64,000 nucleotides of DNA from an uncultured Clostridia bacterium (GTDB lineage Bacteria > Bacillota > Clostridia > Christensenellales > UBA1242), in the NCBI GenBank assembly GCA_934757845.1, contig CAKVLQ010000002.1:54958-118957 (forward strand). The letters run 5' to 3'. This document shows positions 43,731 through 54,589 of the stretch, piece by piece. The notes under the pieces were generated by a model that saw only the letters and a list, made by a program, of their open reading frames with translations, was not told where the DNA came from and did not search any database. Numbering within the stretch: position 1 is the stretch's first letter; each line of letters begins with the position of its first letter. Made by a program: the position numbers and the translations under genes.

Positions 43731-43866
43731 TTCTCAAAAATTATTTTAAAATAAAAGCCCGATTGTTTTTGCAATTTGGCTTTTTTTGTGATATAACTTT
43801 TTGTGAATACAAATTAATTTTGTTTTGGAAAGTATTTTTGCAAGTTTTGAAATTAAAAGGATTTTT

Positions 43867-44604
43867 ATGAAAGAGATTGTAAGTGTTAATAATGAAAAAA
43901 TTAAAGGAATAATGAAACTTCAACAAAAAAAATATCGAGAATTAAGTGGTCAAGTTTTGATTGAAGGCTATAAGATTTTTTTGGAAGCAGTTAAAGCAAA
44001 TGCCGAGATATTGGAAATTCTTTTAACAAAAAAAGAACTTGAAAAACATAATCTTTCGGCATATAAAGATAAAATTAATTTGATTAGTGATAATGTTAGC
44101 AAGAAGTTAAGTTTTAATCAAACAAGCCAAAACTTTTTTGCGGTGGTTAGACCAAAAAAACAAAAAGTCGAAAGTGGAAATTTTTTGATTTTGGATAAAA
44201 TTCAAGACCCACAAAATTTGGGTGCGATAATAAGAACAAGTGTTGCGTGCAATATAAAAAAGATTTTTTTGCTTGATTGCGTTGATGAGTTTAACGACAA
44301 AGTAATTCGAGCCAGTATGGGCAATGTCTTTAAGGTTTGCTTTGAAAAAATCGAAGTTGAAAATTTAAAAGAAATTTGCAAAAAAACGCCTGTTTATTGT
44401 GCTGATATGTTTGGTGAAAACCTTTTCGACCTTAAACAAAAGCCAAAAGTTTTTGGTCTTATTTTGGGAAATGAAGGGAATGGTGTTAGAAGCGAAGTGA
44501 AAAATCTTGCATCAAAAACAATATCAATTCCTATGCAAAACAATGTTGAAAGTTTGAATGTTGCAGTTTCTATGGCAGTTATAGCATATAATTTAACAAA
44601 TTAA
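43867..44604 (+). CDS. TrmH/SpoU-family RNA 2'-O-methyltransferase
   Basis: AAAAGGA RBS. DKIQDPQNLGAIIRT, LILGNEGNGV, IPMQNNVESLNVAVSMAV. Confidence 0.8.
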   Translation: MKEIVSVNNEKIKGIMKLQQKKYRELSGQVLIEGYKIFLEAVKANAEILEILLTKKELEKHNLSAYKDKINLISDNVSKKLSFNQTSQNFFAVVRPKKQKVESGNFLILDKIQDPQNLGAIIRTSVACNIKKIFLLDCVDEFNDKVIRASMGNVFKVCFEKIEVENLKEICKKTPVYCADMFGENLFDLKQKPKVFGLILGNEGNGVRSEVKNLASKTISIPMQNNVESLNVAVSMAVIAYNLTN

Positions 44605-44694
44605 TAAAAATATTGATTACACAAAAAAATCTTTGACAAAACTAACAAAAAGTTTTATAATAAAAAGCAAACTTATTTTTTTAAGGGGAATTTT

Positions 44695-45417
44695 ATGAGT
44701 GGACATAGCAAATTTAACAATATAAAACACACAAAAGAAAAAATGGACGCACAACGAGGCAAAGTTTTTACTAAAATTGGAAAAGAAATTGCTGTTGCTG
44801 TTAAAATGGGTGGAAGCGACCCAAATTCAAATCCAAAACTATATAACCTTATTGTTAAAGCAAGAAACAATAATATGCCAAATGATAACATTCAAAGGTC
44901 AATCAAAAAAGCGGCAGGCGAACTTGGTGGCGGAAATTATGAAGAAATAACTTATGAAGGTTATGGCGTTGGCGGAAGTGCTGTTATTGTTAATGTTTTA
45001 ACTGATAACAAAAACAGGGCAGCTGGTGATGTTCGACATATCTTTGACAAATTTGGCGGAAGTTTGGGGCAAACTGGTTGCGTTTCGTTTATGTTTGAAC
45101 GAAAAGGTGTTTTTGTTATTGAAAAAACTGAAAATCTTTCAGAAGACCAACTTTTTGAATGGGCAATAGAAGCCGAAGCAGACGATGTTGTTGATGACGG
45201 CGATGTTTTTGAAGTTTATTCATCTCCTGACAAATTTAATGGTGTTCAAGAAAGTTTGAAACAAAAAGGTGTTAATTTTTTAAGTGCCAACATTGAACTT
45301 GTTCCAAACAGTTATATCGACCTTGACGAAAAAAGCAGTGAAAGTTTTGAAAAAATGATTGACGCATTAGAAGATAATGACGATGTGCAAGATGTTTATC
45401 ATAATGTAAACTGCTAA
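44695..45417 (+). CDS. yebC: YebC/PmpR-family transcriptional regulator
   Basis: MSGHSKFNNIKHTKEKMDAQRGKVFTK. Confidence 0.95.
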   Translation: MSGHSKFNNIKHTKEKMDAQRGKVFTKIGKEIAVAVKMGGSDPNSNPKLYNLIVKARNNNMPNDNIQRSIKKAAGELGGGNYEEITYEGYGVGGSAVIVNVLTDNKNRAAGDVRHIFDKFGGSLGQTGCVSFMFERKGVFVIEKTENLSEDQLFEWAIEAEADDVVDDGDVFEVYSSPDKFNGVQESLKQKGVNFLSANIELVPNSYIDLDEKSSESFEKMIDALEDNDDVQDVYHNVNC

Positions 45418-45537
45418 AAATTTTATTGTATTATTTTAATAATTTCAATTAGTATGAACAGAAGTTCACTTCTATTTTGAAATTTTTTTATGTTAGCATT
45501 CATATTTTTATAATTTTTAAATTTGAGAATTTACATT

Positions 45538-45571
45538 GTTATAAGACTGCTTATGTTATAAGACTGCTTAT
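45538..45571 (+). repeat. perfect tandem 17-mer GTTATAAGACTGCTTAT x2
   Basis: Read directly: copies at 45538-45554 and 45555-45571. Confidence 0.95.
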
Positions 45572-45587
45572 ATTGAAATTAAAAGTT

Positions 45588-45620
45588 GCTTTAATTTGGG
45601 TTAAGGCACTTTTTTGTTTT
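45588..45620 (+). terminator. terminator-like hairpin plus T-run in the yebC-ruvC spacer
   Basis: Stem GCTTTAA/TTAAGGC (one G-U) with loop TTTGGG, then ACTTTTTTGTTTT. Confidence 0.45.
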
Positions 45621-45644
45621 ATTTTCTTTTTAATAATTTATTGA

Positions 45645-45673
45645 TTGACTAAACTTTGTTTTTTATTTATAAT
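45645..45673 (+). promoter_or_regulatory. sigma-A promoter of ruvC
   Basis: TTGACT, 17-nt spacer, TATAAT. The -10 ends 6 nt before the GTG at 45680. Confidence 0.6.
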
Positions 45674-45679
45674 ATATTT

Positions 45680-46171
45680 GTGATTATTTTGGGAATTGAC
45701 CCCGGTTATGCGATTGTGGGGTATGGTGTTATTGAAAAAATTGGAAGCAATATTAAGTGTTTAGATTATGGGGTTATAACAACCGATAAAGACACTGATT
45801 TTCCAACAAGGCTTGTTGAAATTGCTGACGGCATTGAATATTTGATTGAAAAATATAAGCCTGATTGCATGGCACTTGAAGAATTGTTTTTTCAAAACAA
45901 CCAAAAAACCGCAATTAACGTCGCAATGGCAAGGGGTGTGATTGTTGAAAGGGGCAAACAAAAACTTGGAAATTTGTTTGAATACACGCCACTTCAAATT
46001 AAGCAAGCACTAACTGGGCAAGGCAGGGCGGAAAAAGCCCAAGTTCAATATATGGTTAAGGCAATTTTGAACTTAAATCAAATTCCAAAGCCTGATGATG
46101 CAGCCGATGCTTTGGCGGTGGCAATTTGTCATGGGCAAACAAATCAGCAAATTGGAAACTTTAAATATTAA
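45680..46171 (+). CDS. ruvC: Holliday junction resolvase RuvC, GTG start
   Basis: (V/M)IILGIDPGYAIVGYGVI aligns with the canonical MRILGIDPG N-terminus. The track ORF start at 45656 lies upstream of the -10 box. Confidence 0.88.
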   Translation: MIILGIDPGYAIVGYGVIEKIGSNIKCLDYGVITTDKDTDFPTRLVEIADGIEYLIEKYKPDCMALEELFFQNNQKTAINVAMARGVIVERGKQKLGNLFEYTPLQIKQALTGQGRAEKAQVQYMVKAILNLNQIPKPDDAADALAVAICHGQTNQQIGNFKY

Positions 46172-46259
46172 CAACCACTTTGCTTGTTTTGTAGATTATA
46201 TCTTTGTAAAAAATAAAAAAATTTAAACAAAATTAATTAAACAATTAAAGAAGGGTAAA

Positions 46260-46859
46260 ATGATAGCATATTTGAAAGGAAAAATTATTGATAAAACTGA
46301 AAATTCGGTTGTTGTTGAAGTGAATGGTGTTGGCTATGAAGTTAGCATTTCGTTAAACACAAATTTAAGTTTATCAAACAAAACTGAATGTGAATTATTC
46401 ACATATATGCAAGTAAGAGAAGACGGCGTGTTTTTGTTTGGGTTTTCAACAAAGCAAGAAAAAGAATTGTTTTTGAAACTAATAACCGTTAGTGGTGTTG
46501 GTCCTAAAATGGCAATAACAATTTTGGGCGGGGCAAGTTTAACTGATATTATAACAGCAATAGTTTGTGAAGATAGTGCGATGCTTTCAAAATTTAAAGG
46601 CGTTGGCAAAAAAACTGCCGAACGAATTGTTTTGGAACTTAAAGAAAAAGTGAACGAAAACTTGAAAGAGCAAAATTCGATGTTTGATTTTAATATGAAT
46701 ATCGACTTAAAAAACAATGTTATTGACGACACAATAATGGCTTTAACTGCTCTTGGGCTTAACAAAAGTGATGCGGTTAAAAAAATTAGAGAAAATTATG
46801 TTAACGGCGACAGCGTTGAAGTTTTGATTGAAAAGATTTTGAAAAATATGAGTAGGTAG
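46260..46859 (+). CDS. ruvA: Holliday junction DNA helicase RuvA
   Basis: [15 protein letters not shown], and HhH motifs [12 protein letters not shown] and [11 protein letters not shown]. Confidence 0.92.
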   Translation: MIAYLKGKIIDKTENSVVVEVNGVGYEVSISLNTNLSLSNKTECELFTYMQVREDGVFLFGFSTKQEKELFLKLITVSGVGPKMAITILGGASLTDIITAIVCEDSAMLSKFKGVGKKTAERIVLELKEKVNENLKEQNSMFDFNMNIDLKNNVIDDTIMALTALGLNKSDAVKKIRENYVNGDSVEVLIEKILKNMSR

Positions 46860-46860
46860 T

Positions 46861-47901
46861 ATGGAAGAAAGATTTATTACAAGCACAAAAAATGAGAGTG
46901 AACTTGAAGTTGAAAACAAATTAAGACCAACTAGGCTTGAAGATTATGTTGGTCAAGAAAAAATTAAAAACAACTTGAAAGTTTTTATAAAAGCGGCAAA
47001 AGCACGAGATGAAGCGTTAGACCATGTTTTGCTTTATGGTCCACCAGGGCTTGGAAAAACCACGCTTTCGCACATTATTGCAAACGAACTTGGAAGTCAA
47101 ATTAAAATTACAAGCGGACCAGCAATAGAAAGTGCTGCCGACCTTGCAAGTATACTTACTAACTTAAGCAAAAACGATGTTTTGTTTATTGATGAAATTC
47201 ACAGGCTTAACCGAAGTGTTGAAGAAATTTTGTATCCAGCAATGGAAGATTATGCACTTGATTTTGTGGTTGGAAAAGGTCCAAGTGCAAGAGCAATGAG
47301 ATTGAAAATTCAACCTTTTACACTTATTGGCGCAACAACAAAGGCTGGAAACCTTACCGCTCCGCTTCGTGATAGATTTGGAGTTATCGCAAGGCTTGAA
47401 ATGTATTCTAGTGATGAACTTAAACAAATAATTTTGCGTTCAAGTTCTATTCTGGGCATAAAAATTGACGATGATGCTTGTTTGTGTCTTGCAAAACGAA
47501 GCAGGGGAACACCACGAATTGCAAACAGATTGTTAAAACGAATAAGAGATTTTGCTTTGGTTGAAGATAGTGATAGAATTACGCTTGACATTGCAAAAAA
47601 GAGTTTAGATTTGCTTGAAGTTGACGAATATGGGCTTGACTATACCGACCGAAGAATTTTGGAAGTTATGATTGACAAATTTAATGGTGGTCCTGTTGGG
47701 CTTGACACTTTGTCGGCTTCAACCAACGAAGAAGCAACTACTATTGAAGATGTTTATGAACCTTATTTGTTGCAAATGGGCTTTATTGCCAGAACTCCAA
47801 GGGGAAGAATTTGTTTGCCACTTGCATATGAACATTTGAACAAAAAATTGAGTGATGAAAAAAAGATTGAACTATCAACTATAAAAAATGAAGAAAATTA
47901 G
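46861..47901 (+). CDS. ruvB: Holliday junction DNA helicase RuvB
   Basis: [31 protein letters not shown]. Confidence 0.96.
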   Translation: MEERFITSTKNESELEVENKLRPTRLEDYVGQEKIKNNLKVFIKAAKARDEALDHVLLYGPPGLGKTTLSHIIANELGSQIKITSGPAIESAADLASILTNLSKNDVLFIDEIHRLNRSVEEILYPAMEDYALDFVVGKGPSARAMRLKIQPFTLIGATTKAGNLTAPLRDRFGVIARLEMYSSDELKQIILRSSSILGIKIDDDACLCLAKRSRGTPRIANRLLKRIRDFALVEDSDRITLDIAKKSLDLLEVDEYGLDYTDRRILEVMIDKFNGGPVGLDTLSASTNEEATTIEDVYEPYLLQMGFIARTPRGRICLPLAYEHLNKKLSDEKKIELSTIKNEEN

Positions 47902-47909
47902 GGGGATAA

Positions 47910-48977
47910 TTGCAAAGAAAAATCTTTGCTTTAAATATGGATATTTACAAAAAAGAAACTTATTATTATAATTTGCCAGAAGAACTTATTGCTCAAACTC
48001 CTGTTGAACCAAGAGACCATAGTCGTATGCTTGTTTATGACCGAAAAACAAAACAAATTTGTCATGAGCATTTTTATGACATTGAAAAATATCTTAAAAG
48101 TGGTGATGTTTTGGTTGTTAACAACACAAGAGTTATTCCCGCTCGGCTTATTGGAACAAAAACTGAAACAGGTGCAAAAATTGAAGTTTTTTTGCTTAAA
48201 AAATTTGAACAAAACAAATATGAAGTTTTGCTTAAACCTGCAAAAAAAGCAAAAGTTGGAAGCGAAATAAAATTTTCTGACACGCTTTCATGCATCGTAA
48301 AAAGTAAAGGCGAAATGGGGCTTGGCGAAGTTGAATTTTTGTGCAAGGGGATTTTTGAAGAAGAACTTGACAAAGTTGGAACAATGCCACTTCCACCATA
48401 TATTCATGAAAAACTTAAAAACCAAGAAAGATATCAAACCGTTTATTCAAAAACAAAAGGTTCAAGTGCTGCACCAACGGCGGGGCTTCACTTTACAAAC
48501 GAACTTTTGGAAAAACTTAAACAAAAAGGTGTTATTATTGTTAATGTGCTTTTGCACGTGGGGCTTGGAACTTTTAGACCGGTAAGCGTTGATAATATTC
48601 TTGCTCATGATATGCATAGTGAATATTACGAGATTAGCGAAGAAAGTGCAAACATAATCAACAAAGCAATAGAAGAGAATAGGCGAGTTTTTGCTGTTGG
48701 AACAACAAGTGTAAGAACATTAGAAAGCAGTAATGAAAAAATTGGCGATAAGTGGTTTGTTAAGGCTGGAAAAGGAAATACTAATATTTTTATTTATCCT
48801 GGTTATGAATTTAAAATTGTAAAAGGATTAATAACAAATTTTCATCTTCCAGAAAGCACGCTTATAATGCTTGTTTCGGCTTTTTGTGGAACCAATGAAA
48901 CACTTAATTTTTATAATGAAGCCGTTAAAGAAAAATATAGATTTTTTAGTTTTGGCGATGCTTGTTTGTTAATTTAA
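47910..48977 (+). CDS. queA: S-adenosylmethionine:tRNA ribosyltransferase-isomerase
   Basis: YNLPEELIAQTPVEPRDHSRML, GSSAAPTAGLHFT. The TTG start follows an AGGGGGA RBS. An alternative ATG lies at 47937. Confidence 0.93.
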   Translation: MQRKIFALNMDIYKKETYYYNLPEELIAQTPVEPRDHSRMLVYDRKTKQICHEHFYDIEKYLKSGDVLVVNNTRVIPARLIGTKTETGAKIEVFLLKKFEQNKYEVLLKPAKKAKVGSEIKFSDTLSCIVKSKGEMGLGEVEFLCKGIFEEELDKVGTMPLPPYIHEKLKNQERYQTVYSKTKGSSAAPTAGLHFTNELLEKLKQKGVIIVNVLLHVGLGTFRPVSVDNILAHDMHSEYYEISEESANIINKAIEENRRVFAVGTTSVRTLESSNEKIGDKWFVKAGKGNTNIFIYPGYEFKIVKGLITNFHLPESTLIMLVSAFCGTNETLNFYNEAVKEKYRFFSFGDACLLI

Positions 48978-49054
48978 TTTTAAAAATAAATCAATTATAA
49001 TTTTAAAATATTAAAAAAGTGTAAGGCAAAAAACAAATAAAAACAAAACACTAA

Positions 49055-50200
<1,146 letters not shown>

Positions 50201-50270
50201 AATATTGTTTTTAAATGTTTGTAAATTGAAAATTATTTTGCTAAAATAAAACTATCAAAAGGAGAATTTT

Positions 50271-50726
50271 ATGAATTTATTATTAGATGGAACAAATAAC
50301 AGTAGCACTGGAAATATTATTTTAATTATTGTTTTGCTTGTTGCTTGTGTTGGTATGTTTGTTTTAAGTTATTTTAAAAACAAAAAATATATGCAAAACC
50401 AACAAAACTTGCTTAACGAAATTAAAGTTGGTTCAAAGGTTTTAACAAAAACTTTTATTTATGGAACTATTGAAAAAATAACTGAAACAACTGACGGTAA
50501 AATTGTTTTGATTAAAACTGGCGAAGGCAACAAATGTTCTTATATTGAAATGAACATTGATGGAATTTATTCGGTTGACCAAAAAGAAGAAGTTGTTGAT
50601 GTTGACAGCGTTATGAGCGATGGAAGCGAACTTTCTCAAGAAAAAGAAGCGACAGAGGCTTTTGAAGTTAAGGAAGAAGTTGAAACTGATAACAAACCAA
50701 AACGAAAGCCAAGAGCAAAAAAATAA
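50271..50726 (+). CDS. yajC: preprotein translocase subunit YajC with an acidic/basic C-terminal extension
   Basis: One TM helix followed by QQNLLNEIKVGSKVLTKTFIYGTIEKI. AAGGAG RBS. Position after tgt. Confidence 0.75.
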   Translation: MNLLLDGTNNSSTGNIILIIVLLVACVGMFVLSYFKNKKYMQNQQNLLNEIKVGSKVLTKTFIYGTIEKITETTDGKIVLIKTGEGNKCSYIEMNIDGIYSVDQKEEVVDVDSVMSDGSELSQEKEATEAFEVKEEVETDNKPKRKPRAKK

Positions 50727-50737
50727 TAATATTTTTA

Positions 50738-50767
50738 AGAGCATATTTCAAAATATGTTCTTTTTTT
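50738..50767 (+). terminator. intrinsic terminator after yajC
   Basis: Stem AGAGCATATT/AATATGTTCT (one G-U) followed by T7. Confidence 0.7.
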
Positions 50768-50888
50768 AAGGAATTATTGTTTGAAATTGTTTAAAAAATT
50801 GAAAAATTTTTGACCATTATAAATAAGAACTGAAAATGCTATTTGATATTAAATGAGAATATTAGCGGGCAAAAATAAAAATTGAATA

Positions 50889-50917
50889 TTGACATATAGT
50901 AAATTGTGAGTTATAAT
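50889..50917 (+). promoter_or_regulatory. sigma-A promoter of the 50948 gene
   Basis: TTGACA, 17-nt spacer, TATAAT. Confidence 0.6.
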
Positions 50918-50947
50918 TGTTAAACATTAATTTATAGGTGGGTTTTT

Positions 50948-51373
50948 ATGGAATATTTGATGAAAAAACTAAATTGGGCTGTTAATGCTGAAACTGGCGA
51001 ACTTTTTGCTTGCGTGTGGAACAAAAATAATACACAACTAAAAATTTTAAATTATCCAGAAATGTATGATGAATTTACAATTTCGTTGAAAAGTGATGAT
51101 TATGATTATGTTACAAAAACATTAGCACCATATTTGCATCTTGATAATGCAGAAAGTGTTGCGTTTGTAAGGTTATTTAACATGGTTGAAATGCTTAATG
51201 TGGAAGGAAGAAAAGTTCAAAAACTTATGGATAAATTTACTTTACATTATGATGACGCAACAATTAAAGATTATGAAATTGAATATTTGAACAAAATATT
51301 TGAAAAGAAAATTGAAGATGTTTGCGAGCAACGAAAACTAAAAATGAAAGCCGAAGAACTTGTTAAAGCATAA
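50948..51373 (+). CDS. hypothetical protein
   Basis: AGGTGG RBS, 141 aa. No motif recognised. Confidence 0.5.
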   Translation: MEYLMKKLNWAVNAETGELFACVWNKNNTQLKILNYPEMYDEFTISLKSDDYDYVTKTLAPYLHLDNAESVAFVRLFNMVEMLNVEGRKVQKLMDKFTLHYDDATIKDYEIEYLNKIFEKKIEDVCEQRKLKMKAEELVKA

Positions 51374-51390
51374 AATTTTTAAGATTAAAT

Positions 51391-51423
51391 AAAAGCATTA
51401 TCAAATTTGATAATGTTTTTTTT
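51391..51423 (+). terminator. intrinsic terminator
   Basis: Stem GCATTATCA/TGATAATGT followed by T8. Confidence 0.7.
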
Positions 51424-51493
51424 AGTTAAATTTTGTTTTTAAAATTGTTCTAATTGCAAGATTGATTTCATAAAATTTGTTAAGAGGGGATTT

Positions 51494-51892
51494 ATGAAAA
51501 CAAAAAAATTGAAGTTAGGAAATTCTAGTAGTGTTTTAACAATTTTGAAAGGGGCATTAAATGCGTTGATTGTAAGTTTACTATCTATTTTGCTTTTTGC
51601 GTTTATAATAAAACTTACAAGCATAAGCGATGGCCTTATTAAACCTATTAATCAGGTTATAAAAGTTTTGTCGATATTTTTGGGTTGTTTGTTTGCCTTT
51701 AAAAAAGACGGCGAAAAAACAATTTTGAAAGGTGCGATAATTGGTGTGGTTTACACAATTTTGGCATTTGTTTTGTTTAGCATTTTAAACGGAAAATTTG
51801 AATTTTCGGCAAGTTTGATTTATGATTTGTTGTTTAGCATTGCTATTGGTGTTATATGTGCAATAATTTGCAATATTTTTAGGAAAAAATAA
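51494..51892 (+). CDS. small polytopic membrane protein (YrzE/TIGR04086-like, tentative)
   Basis: GAGGGGA RBS. Four hydrophobic segments, 132 aa. Confidence 0.5.
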   Translation: MKTKKLKLGNSSSVLTILKGALNALIVSLLSILLFAFIIKLTSISDGLIKPINQVIKVLSIFLGCLFAFKKDGEKTILKGAIIGVVYTILAFVLFSILNGKFEFSASLIYDLLFSIAIGVICAIICNIFRKK

Positions 51893-52059
51893 TTTAAAAT
51901 TTTTTGATTTGCATTAAAATAAAAGCATTAGTTTAATATGCGAAAGGTAAAATTGACAAAAATTTATTTTTGGGCATTTGAGCCCAAGCATAATACAAAT
52001 TTAATTGATATATTTTATAAAAAATAAAGACTAAAATTTAAAATTAAGTTAATAATTGA

Positions 52060-52091
52060 AGATAAACAAGCAAAATGTTTATCTTTTTTTT
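52060..52091 (+). terminator. intrinsic terminator about 170 nt downstream of the 51494 gene
   Basis: Stem AGATAAACA/TGTTTATCT followed by T8. Confidence 0.6.
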
Positions 52092-52135
52092 AAATATAAT
52101 TGTTTTTAAAAAAATTTATCTTTTGCTTAAAATTG

Positions 52136-52164
52136 TTGACTAATTAGTTTAATTTCATTATAAT
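52136..52164 (+). promoter_or_regulatory. sigma-A promoter of secDF
   Basis: TTGACT, 17-nt spacer, TATAAT. Confidence 0.6.
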
Positions 52165-52196
52165 TATAAAGATAATAAGGAGTTTTGACCACTAAA

Positions 52197-53522
52197 ATGA
52201 AAAAAAGAACAATTACTAAATTTATAGTTACTGGTGTTTTGGTTATAATTGGCTTGGTTTTAAGCATTTTTAGTTTCGATATAGGAATTTACACCTTTAA
52301 TGGTTTTGCAAAATCAATCAAACTTGGAATTGACCTTGAAGGTGGGGTGTTGGCTGTTTATAATGTTAAAAACAAAGATGGTAATGAATCTAATTTTGAC
52401 CAACAAGTTGATGCAACAATCGCTCGAATTTCAAACTTGCTTTTGAAAGATTTTTCGGAAGCAACCGTTGTTAAACAAGGAAATGGGCTTAACAACACAC
52501 AAATTCGTGTTGAAGTTCCTGATGTTGAAGACCCAGAAGAAATTTTAAGCCTAATTGGGCTTCCACAAGAACTTGAAATTAAAAAATCTGATGACGAAAA
52601 TGCTGAAGCGGTTTTAACAGGCGAGGATATAAAATCAGTTACTGCGGCACAACAACAAGATTCAAATGGCTCTTATGTTTGGGGTGTTTCGGTTGAATTT
52701 AATGAAGAAGGAACTTATAAATTTAAAGAATTAACCACAGAACTTGCATCTAGTGGTGGAAAAATTTATATGTTTTTGGGTGGAGAACAATTCTCGGCAG
52801 CAACTGTTCAAAGTGCAATAACAGACGGAAAAACATTTATTTCAGGTGGCGGAAGCAACAGCGATGGTTCTATGTCGCAAAGTGATGCACAAAGTTTTGC
52901 AACAAAAATTATGAGCGGAACTTTTGATGTTGAACTTACTCTTTCATCAAGCGAATATGTTAGTGCAACTCTTGGAAAAGATGCTTTGAAATGGGCTATT
53001 ATTGGTGGCGTAATTGGTCTTTTGATTATTTTTGCTATTATGTATGCAAGATATAGAGATTTTGGATTGATTGCAAATTTCAGTTTGATTATTTATGCCA
53101 TTTTAATGCTATTCTTCTTGCAAGCAATACCTTTTGTTCAATTATCTCTTGCAGGCATTGCGGGCATAATTTTAAGTTTGGGTATGGCGGTTGATGCTAA
53201 TATCGTTATTTTTGAACGAATGAGAGATGAATACGCTCTTGGAAAGAAAATTCCAACAGCGGTTGAAAATGGCTTTAAAAAAGGTTTAATCACAATTTTG
53301 GATAGTAACATTACAACCTTAATTGCGTGCCTTGTTCTTTATATTTTTGGTGGTGGCACAATTCAAAGTTTTGCAATAACTTTGGCTCTTGGTATTTTGC
53401 TATCTATGTTCACAGCACTTGTTTTGACAAAAATATTCTGCAAATGGTATTTGCATCTTAACAGCAAAAACCCTAAAAAGTTAAACTTTAAAAGGGAGGC
53501 TAGTTTAGATGAAAACGAATAA
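52197..53522 (+). CDS. secD: protein translocase subunit SecD
   Basis: N-terminal TM helix, GIDLEGG, a large periplasmic domain and a C-terminal six-TM block with DANIVIFERMRDE. The start could instead be the TTG at 52185. Confidence 0.9.
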   Translation: MKKRTITKFIVTGVLVIIGLVLSIFSFDIGIYTFNGFAKSIKLGIDLEGGVLAVYNVKNKDGNESNFDQQVDATIARISNLLLKDFSEATVVKQGNGLNNTQIRVEVPDVEDPEEILSLIGLPQELEIKKSDDENAEAVLTGEDIKSVTAAQQQDSNGSYVWGVSVEFNEEGTYKFKELTTELASSGGKIYMFLGGEQFSAATVQSAITDGKTFISGGGSNSDGSMSQSDAQSFATKIMSGTFDVELTLSSSEYVSATLGKDALKWAIIGGVIGLLIIFAIMYARYRDFGLIANFSLIIYAILMLFFLQAIPFVQLSLAGIAGIILSLGMAVDANIVIFERMRDEYALGKKIPTAVENGFKKGLITILDSNITTLIACLVLYIFGGGTIQSFAITLALGILLSMFTALVLTKIFCKWYLHLNSKNPKKLNFKREASLDENE

Positions 53523-54489
53523 TAAATTGAAAGAAAAAATTAATAAGTTTGATTTTTGCTCAAAATTTAAAATTTGTGCAATAATAAGTTTAACTTTGGT
53601 TTTGATAGGCGTTTTAATTGTTTCTATTTTTGGATTTAATTTGGGAATAGACTTTACGGGCGGAACAGTTTTGAATGTTAAAGTTGGGGCAGTTTTGGAA
53701 GAAGGCAACAACTATTCTATTGTTTCAAATCAAGTTTCAAACATTTTCAAAAATGAAGGATATGAAATTGGATATATCCAACAAGAAGGCGAAGGGGAAG
53801 ATGCTTCGCTTACAATTAGATTTAAAGATAAATCAGGGCTTACAGAAGCACAAATGCAAGAAGAAATTGAAAATCTTAAAACACGAATTTCAAACGAAGT
53901 TACAATTCATGATGAACAAGTGGTTATTAATGTTTCTAATGGGTCAAGAATTGCGGCAAGTGCAAGCACATCGCTTTTGATGAATTCACTTTTGGCAATT
54001 TTGATTGCAGTTATTTTAATTCTAATTTATATTGCAATTAGGTTTGAACTTTTAAGCGGACTTGTTGCAATTATTATGCTTGTGCATGATGTCTTGATAA
54101 TGTGCGCTTTGGTTGCTGTGTTCCGAATTCAAATAAATGCTGGTTTTATTGCTGCATTAATTACTATTATCGGTTATTCAATCAACAATGTTATTATTGT
54201 GTTTGACCGAATAAGAGAAAACAAAAAGAAAGACGAATTTAAAGGTTTGGCAAGCACCGAACTTGCAAATGCGTCAATAAGACAAGTTTTGAACCGAACA
54301 TTCTTAACAGCCTTAACAACCATTGTGTCTATTTTGGTGTTAACCATTGTTGGTGTTCCAAGCATTCGAGAATTTTTGCTTCCAATTTTGTTTGGGCTAT
54401 TCTCTGGTATTTATTCTTCAACAATGCTTGCTGGTCCACTTTGGGCATTAATCAACGACAAAACAACAAAAAAATCAAAAAAACAATAA
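53509..54489 (+). CDS. secF: protein translocase subunit SecF
   Basis: GIDFTGGT and YSINNVIIVFDRIREN. Overlaps the secD end. Confidence 0.9.
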   Translation: MKTNNKLKEKINKFDFCSKFKICAIISLTLVLIGVLIVSIFGFNLGIDFTGGTVLNVKVGAVLEEGNNYSIVSNQVSNIFKNEGYEIGYIQQEGEGEDASLTIRFKDKSGLTEAQMQEEIENLKTRISNEVTIHDEQVVINVSNGSRIAASASTSLLMNSLLAILIAVILILIYIAIRFELLSGLVAIIMLVHDVLIMCALVAVFRIQINAGFIAALITIIGYSINNVIIVFDRIRENKKKDEFKGLASTELANASIRQVLNRTFLTALTTIVSILVLTIVGVPSIREFLLPILFGLFSGIYSSTMLAGPLWALINDKTTKKSKKQ

Positions 54490-54589
54490 TCAAATTGTTG
54501 CCAAAATATTGCAAAAATTAAGTTTTGTAACTTAAATTTTGTTTTATGCAAATTGGCAACAATTTTTTAATATTAAGGTAAATTCACAA

